This document shows positions 18,402 to 27,998 of a stretch of DNA of 64,000 nucleotides, one piece after another. The DNA is from an uncultured Collinsella sp. (lineage in GTDB: Bacteria; Actinomycetota; Coriobacteriia; Coriobacteriales; Coriobacteriaceae), in the NCBI GenBank assembly GCA_958407445.1, contig CATYIU010000006.1, positions 412 through 64,411 on the forward strand, read 5' to 3'. Numbering within the stretch: position 1 is the first letter of the stretch; the number at the start of each line of letters is the position of its first letter. The position numbers and the translations under genes were made by a program. The notes under the pieces are model-generated. The model was not told the DNA's origin and did not search any database. It worked only from the letters and a program-made list of their open reading frames with translations.

Positions 18402-19297
18402 TGAAGCTCTCGCGTGAGTCTAAGGTGCGCCTGGGCGTTGGCATCGGGGCGTTTGTGCTCATTATCGGGCTTGTCTTTGGCACTTCGCGGATATTGATTC
18501 ATTTTGATGGCCCGTGGGGTCTCGGCAATATTGCATCCGGCTTGTTTAGGATGGACGATGTGGTTGACGAAGACGATTCTCATAATGGTGGCGATTATTC
18601 CGCTCAGCCTCAGCAGCTTTCGAGCGTGACCTTTGATGCCGGCTCATTCCAGTCCCTTGACCTGGATGTGACAATGGGGACGGTCGAGATCAAGTGCGTT
18701 TCCGACGGGCCGGTACGTGTCATCGAGAGTGGTCGTGTTGCAAAGGGGGTATCTGCTTTCTATGGCGCCACTCGGCATCTGGCCGAGGTTGAGGGCTCTA
18801 CGCTCAAAATAGGCCAGTCCGACTGCGATGACGAGCGAGCCATCGATCGTACGGTCACCATCGAGCTGCCGCGCGAGCTTGCCGATAACATGATGGACAT
18901 TTCGGCGAATGTGGGGTCGGGAGACCTGACGATCACGGACATTGCGTGCCACGACTTCGATTTGACGTTGGACTCGGGAGACGTCGAGTTTGCGGGTACC
19001 GTGACCGACACCCTGAATGCCGAGGTCGGTTCGGGCGATGTGACGTTCGAGCTCTACCAGGCCCCCGCGAAGTCGATGAACGTAAGCGTGGACTCGGGCG
19101 ATGTGGAGGTAACGGTTCCGAACTCTACGGGCTTTACGGCGAGCCTTACTCTGGGTAGCGGTGACTTCGAGAGCGATTTCCTTCCGGATAGCTACGACGA
19201 CGAGGCGATTTCGAGCCTCGAGTTCGAGAATGGCGATAAGTCCGCCACGTATCGCTTTGCGGTTGGTTCGGGCGACATGTCGTTCAATCCGGAATGA
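18398..19297 (+). CDS. DUF4097-like (putative adhesin) beta-repeat membrane-anchored protein
   Basis: N-terminal TM; repeated (V/L)xSGD(V/L/F) units; ATGA overlap with the XRE gene. Confidence 0.75.
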   Translation: MMKLSRESKVRLGVGIGAFVLIIGLVFGTSRILIHFDGPWGLGNIASGLFRMDDVVDEDDSHNGGDYSAQPQQLSSVTFDAGSFQSLDLDVTMGTVEIKCVSDGPVRVIESGRVAKGVSAFYGATRHLAEVEGSTLKIGQSDCDDERAIDRTVTIELPRELADNMMDISANVGSGDLTITDIACHDFDLTLDSGDVEFAGTVTDTLNAEVGSGDVTFELYQAPAKSMNVSVDSGDVEVTVPNSTGFTASLTLGSGDFESDFLPDSYDDEAISSLEFENGDKSATYRFAVGSGDMSFNPE

Positions 19298-19349
19298 CGA
19301 CGGCGGGCTAAGTCCGCAAACATAGATGCTTATACGCGCTGTTTGATGT

Positions 19350-19383
19350 AGGCGCCGGAGCCGTGACGGGCTCCGGCGCCTTT
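19350..19383 (+). terminator. Intrinsic terminator
   Basis: AGGCGCCGGAGCC-GTGACG-GGCTCCGGCGCCT followed by TT. Confidence 0.7.
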
Positions 19384-19400
19384 GCCTTTACAATGGGGTC

Positions 19401-21308
19401 ATGGAACAGATTATTTTGAACATACTCGATACCCTGCGTCGCGGCGAGACCGTGGACGACAAGGCGCTCGTCAAACTGATACATGCCGAGGCGCGCCGTG
19501 AGGGTGCCGACAAGCGTGATCTGGCCAAGCGCCGTCTGCTGCCGTTTTACCAGCGGGTTAAACGCGAGGAGCCGGCTCGTTGGGCTGCGTGGAATGTCGA
19601 TGCCGATCTGGAACGCCAGTTGCTGCGAGTGCTGAGGATGAAGCCGCGTCGCACGGCTTCGGGCGTGGCGACCATTACCGTCATCACCAAGCCGTGGCCC
19701 TGTTCGGGCGATTGCCTGTTTTGCCCCAGCGATCTGCGCATGCCCAAAAGCTATCTGCACGATGAGCCGGCGTGCGCCCGTGCGGAGCAAAACTGCTTCG
19801 ACCCGTATCTGCAGGTGAGTGCTCGTCTGACCGCACTTTCGCAGATGGGGCATGCGACCGATAAGATCGAGCTCATCGTGCTCGGTGGCACCTGGAGCGA
19901 CTATCCGGAAGGCTATCAGACATGGTTTATGTCGGAGCTTTTCCGTGCGCTCAATGACGATGCCGTGGCCGGCGTGGCGGCCAATCCCATGCTGGCGCGT
20001 CCGGGTATCAGTCGTGCCGAGGCAGGGCGCCTGCTCGATGATGCTCCCGCCGATGCTCTTCCGTCGGTAGTGGCAGAGCGTCGCGAGCGCTATCGGGCCG
20101 CCGGCATTGCGACAGACGAGGCCGAGCTTACTGCCGGCGTTGCCGACGAGCAGGGGCGTGTGGATGCCGCCGTGGGCGGCTACAACCGCGCGGTGCGTCG
20201 CCTGTACGGTCCCGGCACGCCATGGGGCGAGGTTGCCGAGTGGCAGACCGCCACGATGGAGGAGCTTGAGCGTCAGCAGCACATCAACGAGACGGCGAAG
20301 CATCGCGTGGTGGGGCTCGTTATCGAGACGCGCCCCGATGCCGTGACGCCGCAAGCGCTTACGCTCGTTCGCCGCCTGGGCTGCACCAAGATTCAGATGG
20401 GCATCCAGAGTCTCGACCAGCACCTGCTCGATATCAACGAGCGTCGTATTTCGGTGGCGCAGATCGAGCGGGCGTTTTTTCTTGCGCGCCTGTTTGGCTT
20501 TAAGATCCACGCGCACTTTATGCTCAACTTGTTCGGCGCCACGCCCGAGGGGGACAGGCGCGACTACGAGCGCTTTATGACCGAGGGGGCCTTTATGCCC
20601 GATGAGGTCAAGGTCTACCCGTGCGCGCTCATCGAGGGCTCGCGTCTGGTGGGCTGTTACGAGCGTGGCGAGTGGCGCCCCTATACCGAGGAAGAGCTGC
20701 TCGACGTGCTGGCCGACGACATCGTGGTGACGCCGACGTTCTGCCGTATCAGTCGCATGATCCGCGACTTTAGTTCTGATGACATCATGGTGGGCAACAA
20801 GAAGCCCAACCTGCGTCAACTCGTCGAGAACCGCTTGGCGGGCCGCGGAGAAGGCGCGGCGGTGCGCGAGATTCGCTATCGCGAGATCAGTACCGCGGGT
20901 GCCGACTTGGATGAGCTGTCTCTCGATGAGGAAGTGGCGTACGAGACGCCGGTGACTTATGAGCGCTTTTTGCAGTGGGTGACGCCGCAGGGCAAGATCG
21001 CCGGCTTTTTGCGCCTGTCGCTGCCCGACCGTTCGTTTGTTGCCGCGCACGCGGACGAGCTGCCGACGGGGCCGGAGGAGGCGATGATTCGCGAGGTACA
21101 CGTGTATGGTATGGCGGCACGTGTGGGCGATCAGGGCCAGGCGGCTCAGCATCACGGTCTGGGGCGTCTGCTCGTGGAGCGCGCGTGCCAGATTGCTCGG
21201 GATGCGGGGTATACGCACATCAACGTGATCAGCGCGATCGGTACGCGCGAGTACTATCGCCATCTTGGATTCTATGACCATGGCCTTTATCTGCAAAAGG
21301 AGCTCTAG
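19401..21308 (+). CDS. Elp3-family radical SAM / lysine-acetyltransferase-fold protein (putative tRNA U34 acetyltransferase)
   Basis: RTASGVATITV...PCSGDCLFCP...PKSY, GGTW, IETRPD, REIRYRE, IREVHVYG, QHHGLG...ISAIGTREYY. Confidence 0.88.
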   Translation: MEQIILNILDTLRRGETVDDKALVKLIHAEARREGADKRDLAKRRLLPFYQRVKREEPARWAAWNVDADLERQLLRVLRMKPRRTASGVATITVITKPWPCSGDCLFCPSDLRMPKSYLHDEPACARAEQNCFDPYLQVSARLTALSQMGHATDKIELIVLGGTWSDYPEGYQTWFMSELFRALNDDAVAGVAANPMLARPGISRAEAGRLLDDAPADALPSVVAERRERYRAAGIATDEAELTAGVADEQGRVDAAVGGYNRAVRRLYGPGTPWGEVAEWQTATMEELERQQHINETAKHRVVGLVIETRPDAVTPQALTLVRRLGCTKIQMGIQSLDQHLLDINERRISVAQIERAFFLARLFGFKIHAHFMLNLFGATPEGDRRDYERFMTEGAFMPDEVKVYPCALIEGSRLVGCYERGEWRPYTEEELLDVLADDIVVTPTFCRISRMIRDFSSDDIMVGNKKPNLRQLVENRLAGRGEGAAVREIRYREISTAGADLDELSLDEEVAYETPVTYERFLQWVTPQGKIAGFLRLSLPDRSFVAAHADELPTGPEEAMIREVHVYGMAARVGDQGQAAQHHGLGRLLVERACQIARDAGYTHINVISAIGTREYYRHLGFYDHGLYLQKEL

Positions 21309-22184
21309 ATGAACAAGCCGAGTGTTTCTGCCGGCGTCGTTGCCGGCGTTGCTCTGGGAGCCGCGGCGCTTGGTGCGGCCGCTGTCGCTGTTCGTGCTGC
21401 CTGTCTGCAGGTTGCGCGAACCCGCAATGGGTTGGCGCGTGTGAAACGCGTGCACGATGAGGGCGACGATGAGATTCGCGTGTTGGTGCAAGGCGGAGTC
21501 TACCAAAGCGCAAGCTACGTTGGCGAGCGTTGGGCAGAGCCCGTCTTTGCGTACTATCGTGCGTTTGACGACGTGTTTGAGGCCGAGCGCGCAATGCATG
21601 ACGCCTATGGTCACGGTATCGACCGCATGCTCATGTTGGGCGGCGGCGGGTTTGCCTATCCCAAGTTTGCGCTGATGTCGCACGAGAGCTTGCGCATGGA
21701 CGTCATTGAGTACGATGCCGAGATTACGCGCCTGGCACGTCGTTGGTTTTACCTGGACGAGCTGGAGCGCATGGTGGGCGACCGCCTGCGGGTGATTACC
21801 GCTGAGGCTCGCTCGTATCTGGGCGTGACGAGCGTGGGTCATCGTCGCTACGATGTGGTCGTGAGCGATTGCTTTGGCGGTGCCGAGCCCGTACGCGAGC
21901 TGGCGACGGTTGAGGCGCTGCGCCTGGTGCGAGGCAGCCTGAACCCCGGGGGTATCTACGTTGCCAATATCGTGAGCGCAAACGAGGGGAGCGACGTGAC
22001 GTTCCTGCGCGACTGCGCTGCCACGGCACTCGAGGTATTCGCCCACGCCTGGGTGGTCCCATGCGGCGATGCGGAGTTTGGCGGCGAGGAAAACTACCTG
22101 CTCATTGCCAGTGACGGCGACTATGCCTTTGCCGAAGCCGTGCCCTTCGACGCCGACTTCCTTGGCACTGCTCTCCACGACTAG
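21309..22184 (+). CDS. Spermidine-synthase-like SAM-binding protein
   Basis: VYQSASY, LMLGGGGFAYP, DVIEYD, YDVVVSDCF, LNPGGIYVAN. Confidence 0.75.
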   Translation: MNKPSVSAGVVAGVALGAAALGAAAVAVRAACLQVARTRNGLARVKRVHDEGDDEIRVLVQGGVYQSASYVGERWAEPVFAYYRAFDDVFEAERAMHDAYGHGIDRMLMLGGGGFAYPKFALMSHESLRMDVIEYDAEITRLARRWFYLDELERMVGDRLRVITAEARSYLGVTSVGHRRYDVVVSDCFGGAEPVRELATVEALRLVRGSLNPGGIYVANIVSANEGSDVTFLRDCAATALEVFAHAWVVPCGDAEFGGEENYLLIASDGDYAFAEAVPFDADFLGTALHD

Positions 22185-22209
22185 CCTATTGGGAGTAGTC
22201 AGTCCCGTC

Positions 22210-24654
22210 TTAGGTGTGGTCGCGCCAGCCGAGAACGCGCTGCTTCATGCCTTCGGTGTCGAGCACGCCTTCGGCAAAGCCTTTGCGCACGAGCTCTTCG
22301 GGAACAAACTCGTCGTAGCGGTCAAAATAAGGCACCTCGCCGGGATAGACGAGCTCGATGGGGTCGAAGTCCTTTTCGACCTCGGCGGCGAGCACCTCAA
22401 AGAACGTCTCCTCGTCGGCCTTCATCTTAAACTGCATAAAGTATGGACGCGACGGATCGAGTCCGCGAAGGCCCAGTTCCGCGGCACACTTGATCTTGAG
22501 CATGCGCTCGAGTGCCAAAAAGGCGTAGCTACCCAGCCAGGGGAAGAGCACCCAGGTGTCGCCGCCCAGGTTAATGAGCGGCTTGGTTCCCGCGCCCGAA
22601 ATCTCGGCGGTATGACGAGCCTGTGCAAGGCGTGCCCGCGCGTTGCCCATGAGGTACGGATATGCCGCATGCTCGTTGAGCGCTTTGCGCATGCGCTCGA
22701 GTACGTGTGTATTGATGTCTCCGGGGCAGTCGCCAAAGTAGGCCGGCACACGTCCCTTGACCTGCGTGGCAAAGACGGTATGGCGCTTCCAGTCCACTTC
22801 CTCGACAATCCAGCAGTGTCCGGCGATGGCGATGCGCTCACCGGGCGGTGGCGGATTGACGATCGTGCCCAGCTCGGCCGACTCGCTGCGAACGGTGAAC
22901 TCCTCGTTTTCCTGGAACACGGCGTAGAACTTAAAGTTGTTGATGATGCGCTCGCCCGCGAGACCCACGATGAGCCCACCGCCCTCGGTGACCTGGATGT
23001 GGTCGATCTTGATAAGGTGGCGCAGCAGTACGCGATAGTCATCGGCCGAGACGCGGTGGAAATAGCTGAGCGTGAGCACGCGCTGGGCGAGCTCGGCCGG
23101 TGTGAGCTCGCCGGTGCTGGCGAGCGTCGACATGGTCTGGTGATAGAGCAAACTGTAGGGGAGTCGATCGAGCTCGGGCGGCTCGACCCACTTTTCCTCG
23201 CGATAGAGTTGTACGAGTGCGATGCCCTGCAGGAGCTTCCAGGGTATCGTTTCGGGCATCATCGTGCGCGGCTCGGGCTCCTCCTCGCGCATGACAAACC
23301 ACATCTCGGGTGGAAGATCGCGGCGGCCTGTGCGCCCCATGCGCTGCAAAAAGGAGCTGACGGTAAACGGCGCATCGATCTGGAACGCGCGCTCCAGGCG
23401 ACCGATATCAATGCCGAGTTCCAGCGTGGAGGTGGTGACGGTTGTCTGCGCCTGTTCTTCGTCGCGCATGAGCTCCTCGGCGGTCTCGCGTAGAGATGCC
23501 GAGAGGTTGCCATGATGGATAAGGAAGCGGTCTGGCTCGTGCCGGTTTTCACAGTAGCTGCGTAACATGGAGCACACGGCCTCTGCCTCCTCGCGCGAGT
23601 TGGCAAAGACCAGGCACTTGCGGCCGCGGGTATGTTCAAAGATGTAGCCCATGCCGGGGTCGGCGTTGTCGGGTGCGGTGTCGGTGGGGTTGAGCAGCGC
23701 CTGTTCGGTTGCCTGCGGGATGTCGACTTCGCCCTCGGGGGCCGAGGAAGCGCGACGGTCCTTGGGGGCAGCCTTGCCCCGTGCCTGCTCGCGACGTTGA
23801 CGGCGCTCCTCTTGCGTGAGCTGTCCGCTGTGGCGCATGTCTTGGGCGCCGGCGGGCAGCGCCGCGGGTGGTGCCGCCTCAATGCGCTCGCATGCGAGCA
23901 CTTCGGCCTCTTGAGGACCCATGCTCTCGAATCCCCGCCGCTGCGCCTGGGGACCCGAGTTGTAGAAGTGCTCCATGGAGATACGCCACACGCGGCGCGG
24001 CTCCTCAAAGCGGGGGATGACGCAGCCGCGTCCCGTCCCCTGCGACAGGAGGGCACCCGTGCGTTCCGGGTCCCCGATGGTGGCCGAAAGGCCAATGCGG
24101 CGGGGCTGAACGCCCGCCATGCGCGAGAGGCGTTCGATAAGGCAGAGCGTCTGCCCGCCACGGTCGCCGCGCATGAGCGAGTGGACCTCATCGATGACCA
24201 CATAGCGTAGGTCGCAGAACATGCGCGGGATCGCCATGTGCTTATGGATTAAGAGCGCCTCGAGCGACTCGGGCGTAATCTGCAAGATGCCGCTCGGTTT
24301 TTTGATGAGCTTAGCCTTATGCGACTGCGAGACATCGCCATGCCAGTGCCAGACGGGGATATCGGCTTCTTCGCAGAGGTCGTTGAGGCGGACGAACTGA
24401 TCATTGATGAGCGCTTTGAGGGGGCCGATGTAGAGGGCGCCCACGCTCGCGGGCGGGTTCTCCCAAAACTCGGTCAGGATGGGAAAGAAGGCCGCCTCAG
24501 TTTTGCCAGATGCCGTGGATGCCGTCAGGAGCACATTGTCTTGTGTGTTGAAGATGGCATCGGCTGCTGCAACCTGGATAGAGCGTAAGCTCTCCCAATC
24601 GTGGGAGTAGATGAAGTCTTGGATAAACGGAGCATATCGGTCATAGGCGTTCAT
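22210..24654 (-). CDS. Lhr-like DEAD/DEAH helicase (Shango SngC-like)
   Basis: STASGKTEAAF, PLKALIND, ITPESLE, IDEVH, LSAT, HHGNLS, LELGIDIG, QRMGRTGR. Confidence 0.9.
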   Translation of the reverse strand: MNAYDRYAPFIQDFIYSHDWESLRSIQVAAADAIFNTQDNVLLTASTASGKTEAAFFPILTEFWENPPASVGALYIGPLKALINDQFVRLNDLCEEADIPVWHWHGDVSQSHKAKLIKKPSGILQITPESLEALLIHKHMAIPRMFCDLRYVVIDEVHSLMRGDRGGQTLCLIERLSRMAGVQPRRIGLSATIGDPERTGALLSQGTGRGCVIPRFEEPRRVWRISMEHFYNSGPQAQRRGFESMGPQEAEVLACERIEAAPPAALPAGAQDMRHSGQLTQEERRQRREQARGKAAPKDRRASSAPEGEVDIPQATEQALLNPTDTAPDNADPGMGYIFEHTRGRKCLVFANSREEAEAVCSMLRSYCENRHEPDRFLIHHGNLSASLRETAEELMRDEEQAQTTVTTSTLELGIDIGRLERAFQIDAPFTVSSFLQRMGRTGRRDLPPEMWFVMREEEPEPRTMMPETIPWKLLQGIALVQLYREEKWVEPPELDRLPYSLLYHQTMSTLASTGELTPAELAQRVLTLSYFHRVSADDYRVLLRHLIKIDHIQVTEGGGLIVGLAGERIINNFKFYAVFQENEEFTVRSESAELGTIVNPPPPGERIAIAGHCWIVEEVDWKRHTVFATQVKGRVPAYFGDCPGDINTHVLERMRKALNEHAAYPYLMGNARARLAQARHTAEISGAGTKPLINLGGDTWVLFPWLGSYAFLALERMLKIKCAAELGLRGLDPSRPYFMQFKMKADEETFFEVLAAEVEKDFDPIELVYPGEVPYFDRYDEFVPEELVRKGFAEGVLDTEGMKQRVLGWRDHT

Positions 24655-24735
24655 GGGGCCTCCTCTCAAACACGAACCTCTCAACGCGGCTGGCAATGGT
24701 TTGCTGCATTGCCGTCTCAACGTTTGTGCAGATAA

Positions 24736-24772
24736 AACCTGCCAAAATAAACCTGTCCCTTTTTGGCAGGTT
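24736..24772. repeat. REP-like hairpin with CCTGTCCC core inside the Shango-like operon
   Basis: AACCTGCCAAAA-TAAACCTGTCCCT-TTTTGGCAGGTT, overlapping the ATPase stop codon. Confidence 0.6.
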
Positions 24773-26075
24773 AGATGGTGAATTCGGCGAAGTTACGGTC
24801 GTCGCCTGCGGTGCCGGTGTTGCCTGTTGCGGCTGCCGGCGCCAGCGCATCGCCGCCGACGCTTTGTAGCAGCTCGGCTACGTTGGCGTCGGGATTCTGG
24901 CACAGGATATCGAGCAGCTCGATAAAGTCGCGAATGACCTCACGCGGCGTTAGGTGCGTATCGGCTCCCACACGGCCGAACTCAATCTTGAGAAAGTCCA
25001 CCAAGTCGTTCTCGGTAAGCGTGGGTGTCCAGCCAAAGTAGCCGGCGTGAATTTGCATGAGCTTTTCGATGAGCACCAGCAGCTCCTCATAGGTGAGTGG
25101 CTGCAGGCGAATGATGGGCGCGAGCATGTCCTTAAGGTCTTCGCGCGCAAACCGACCCTGAGCGAGTCGGCTGCGCAGGGCTTCGTAGGAGAACACGCCG
25201 CGGCGACGGTCCTCGATAGAGGTCGGCGTGCCGCCCATGATCATGCCCAGGTACTGCGCTTTGCCTTGGAGCGTGTCGTTGTACATCGTTAGGATTTTCT
25301 CGTAGTTGTACTGTCGCGTGATCGCGTTGGGAATCTTATACAGATTCACGAGCTCGTCGATGAGTACCAGCATGCCCTTGTAGCCGCTGCAGACCAAAAA
25401 GCGCGCAATGAGCTTAACGTAGTCGTACCAGTCGTCGTCGCTGATGATGGTCGAGGAGCCCAGCTCGGCGCGAGCCTCGCTCTTGGTGCGGTACTCGCCG
25501 CGGATCCATTTGGTCACGCGGCTCATGGCCTCTTCGTCGCCCTCGGATACGGCCGCGCGATAGCGGCGGAGCATGCGGGTGAAGTCGAAGCCGTGGACCA
25601 TCTCTTCGAGTGGAGCGAGTTGAGCATTGACGGCAGCCTCGTCGGCCTCGGCACACGAGGCGACCCAGCGGTCCAGGATGAGGTTGAGCGCGCCGCCCTC
25701 GGGGCGCGTCTTGGTCGATATGTTGCGGATGAGCTCGCGATAGGTGGCGAGGCCCTGGCCCTGGCCGCCCTGTAGGCGGCGCTCGGGGGAAAGGTCGGCA
25801 TCGGCGACCACGAAGCCCTCGCCCATGGCATGCGTTCGGATGGTCTGGAGCAAAAAGCTCTTGCCGGCGCCGTAGCGACCGACTAGGAAACGGAAGCTTG
25901 CGCCGCCGTCGGCGATGAGACTTAGGTCGGTGAGCAGGGCGCGGATCTCGACCTCGCGTCCTACGGTGATGTAGGGAAGGCCAATGCGCGGGACAACGCC
26001 GCCCTTGAGCGAGTTGAGAATGACGGCGGCGACGCGCTTGGGCACACGGGGTGCTGCGGATGCGGTATCACTCAT
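24771..26075 (-). CDS. DUF2791/BrxD-like P-loop ATPase (Shango SngB-like)
   Basis: SLKGGVVPRIGL...VGR, GRYGAGKS (Walker A), VLIDE (Walker B), YEALRSRL. Confidence 0.9.
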   Translation of the reverse strand: MSDTASAAPRVPKRVAAVILNSLKGGVVPRIGLPYITVGREVEIRALLTDLSLIADGGASFRFLVGRYGAGKSFLLQTIRTHAMGEGFVVADADLSPERRLQGGQGQGLATYRELIRNISTKTRPEGGALNLILDRWVASCAEADEAAVNAQLAPLEEMVHGFDFTRMLRRYRAAVSEGDEEAMSRVTKWIRGEYRTKSEARAELGSSTIISDDDWYDYVKLIARFLVCSGYKGMLVLIDELVNLYKIPNAITRQYNYEKILTMYNDTLQGKAQYLGMIMGGTPTSIEDRRRGVFSYEALRSRLAQGRFAREDLKDMLAPIIRLQPLTYEELLVLIEKLMQIHAGYFGWTPTLTENDLVDFLKIEFGRVGADTHLTPREVIRDFIELLDILCQNPDANVAELLQSVGGDALAPAAATGNTGTAGDDRNFAEFTI

Positions 26076-27813
26076 GGTCTAAGTACCCTCTCACGTCTGC
26101 TTCGTAGTCCTCGATAATTTGCGGTCCTGCTGAGCCAAATTCAATAACGGTGTCGCCCACCAGGTCAAAGAGCGCTTCGTTGATGCTATCGACGAGCATG
26201 TCCTCACTCTTGCCCGACTGTTCCACCGCCGATGCCGTCTGTGCTGCGTTTTGCTCGAGTAGTGCTCGAAGATAGGCGTCTGCGGCGGGATCGAGTGCGG
26301 ACGCGGTGTCGGCGGGCGCGGGCGTTGGCGCGAGGAGCGGGGCTACGACGCCAAACTGCTCGGTGGAGATGGTCGGCACGCTAGCCTCGTCCTGCTGCAT
26401 AGTCGTCGCGACTGGTTCGGCGATCGTGTCGGCCACGGGCTCGGCTCCCCGTCGTTCGGCAACTGCCACCTCGGCATCCGCAAGCGTGCCGTCCTCGCGC
26501 TCCTCGTCGATCAAAAGCGCCTCGCGCGTTTGTGCGGCGGCGCTCCGAATGTGCCCCAGCTGGCTCAGGTCGATATCGATCTTGACGGGCTGATGTGCGG
26601 CATCCCATGAAAGCCATGCCACGATCTCGTCATCGATAATTTTAGCCAGATATTTGGGTACCTTCTCTTCCTTAAGGGGATGGCCGGGGTCCAGTGCCAA
26701 GCGCAGGCGCTGATCACAAGCGCGCATCATCTCACCGAGCTTGCTACTTTTTTGTCTGCTGCCGTGGATGCGCATACATTCCCAAAAGCCATTTTGGCAG
26801 CGGTAGATGTGAATGGGGTCCAGGCGATATTCACAGTCCTTGTGGCGCTCAGGCGCAAAGAACACGGCCGAGGCAAACATGGTGTAGGGCATGGCCGTCT
26901 CCTCCCCAAACAAGCTCGCTACGATGCCGTTTTTTCGGTGCGTGTCATAGTAGCGCGCCATACGGACATACACGGCGCATGCCACGTGGCGCAGGTCGCG
27001 ATGGTGGGAACGGTCGAGCCGTGAGTTATTCAGGTTGTACGTCGAGAGCGCGTCGATGGCAGCCATGAGCCGCTCCTCGCGTGCCTCGTCGGGCGGAAGG
27101 GGAAGCGTGGGCTCGGAGGCCTTGCGACGTTTGGGGGCCTGGTCCGACGCCGTCGGCGCGGGTGCAAGGTCTCGCGCCGCGCGCCGTAGCTCGATAAGGG
27201 CGTTATCGAACATGACGGTTTTAGAGTTGCGAAGCAGCTTGGGGTCGAGCCCGTGGAATACGGCGTAATCCTGCAGCCACACGCGTGCAAACCGGTCGAT
27301 GCCGGGTTCAAAGGCGCGATAGGCATCCCAAAATGCCTTGATCTTGTCATAGCCGTCACGCGGATTGTCGACGCCAATGCCGCAGATCAATTCGTAAAGA
27401 TACAGAAAGGCAAACGAGGTCGATGTCTCCTCGATATTGCCGCGGCGCACTTGGGCACGCCAGGTAAAGTAGCCGCGCAACTGTCGATCGCTCATGGCAT
27501 TGTAGGTGGGAAAGTACGACTTAAAGGTGCCGTTGTAGGGGCAATCGTCCTCGAAGTCGGCCATCAGCAGGCCTTGGCGGTAAAAGAGCTCCGCCTCCGA
27601 TAGCCAACGTCCCGCGCCGCCCTTGGGGTCATCTTGCCAACGCGATATCTCGCGCATCTTGCGGTACTGGTCGGGGAGGAAGTTCTGCATCTGCCGGCCG
27701 GTCTTGAGAATCGGCTCGTCGGCGTATACCTCATTTGAGAAGCGAGCGGACTGATGTGTCCGGGCCTCGGCCATAATGCGCTCGATGAGCATCTTGATGT
27801 CCTGGTCGGCCAC
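26068..27813 (-). CDS. TerB-N / TerB-C domain protein (Shango SngA-like)
   Basis: FKSYFPTYNAMSDRQLRGYFTWR...FLYLYELI (TerB-N); IDLSQLGHIR...MLVDSINEALFDLVGDTVIE (TerB-C); GTG start behind GAGAGGAG. Confidence 0.85.
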   Translation of the reverse strand: MADQDIKMLIERIMAEARTHQSARFSNEVYADEPILKTGRQMQNFLPDQYRKMREISRWQDDPKGGAGRWLSEAELFYRQGLLMADFEDDCPYNGTFKSYFPTYNAMSDRQLRGYFTWRAQVRRGNIEETSTSFAFLYLYELICGIGVDNPRDGYDKIKAFWDAYRAFEPGIDRFARVWLQDYAVFHGLDPKLLRNSKTVMFDNALIELRRAARDLAPAPTASDQAPKRRKASEPTLPLPPDEAREERLMAAIDALSTYNLNNSRLDRSHHRDLRHVACAVYVRMARYYDTHRKNGIVASLFGEETAMPYTMFASAVFFAPERHKDCEYRLDPIHIYRCQNGFWECMRIHGSRQKSSKLGEMMRACDQRLRLALDPGHPLKEEKVPKYLAKIIDDEIVAWLSWDAAHQPVKIDIDLSQLGHIRSAAAQTREALLIDEEREDGTLADAEVAVAERRGAEPVADTIAEPVATTMQQDEASVPTISTEQFGVVAPLLAPTPAPADTASALDPAADAYLRALLEQNAAQTASAVEQSGKSEDMLVDSINEALFDLVGDTVIEFGSAGPQIIEDYEADVRGYLDHE

Positions 27814-27850
27814 CGTCTCTCCTCTCCTAACGCAGCTTCGGTGACCTCAT

Positions 27851-27880
27851 ATCATAGCACAGCATCAAACAGGTGTTCGA
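27851..27880 (-). promoter_or_regulatory. Promoter with extended -10 and adjacent LexA (SOS) box-like site
   Basis: TCAAAC-AGGT-GTTCGA (27865-27880), one mismatch to TCGAAC-N4-GTTCGA; minus-strand TGCTATGAT at 27859-27851. Confidence 0.7.
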
Positions 27881-27894
27881 GATACTGCTCACAG

Positions 27895-27991
27895 GTAGAT
27901 TTTTGGGACATGCCTAAAAATCTACTTTTAGGTGGGCAGTCTTTGGAGCGCTGACGAAAGGTAGATTTTAAGGCATGTCCCAAAAATCTAC
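27895..27991. repeat. Inverted doublet of 31-bp palindromes (REPIN-like)
   Basis: GTAGATTTTTGGGACATGCCTAAAAATCTAC (27895-27925) and GTAGATTTTAAGGCATGTCCCAAAAATCTAC (27961-27991); 30/31 reverse-complement match. Confidence 0.85.
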
Positions 27992-27998
27992 TGAGGAG

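Noticed and set aside
19308..22178. 956-aa minus-strand ORF
   Set aside because: Antisense to the Elp3 and spermidine-synthase-like genes; shadow ORF.
24771..26075. BREX system (BrxD-like ATPase plus helicase)
   Set aside because: No pglZ, pglX or brxC nearby; the TerB-N/C partner indicates a Shango-type operon.
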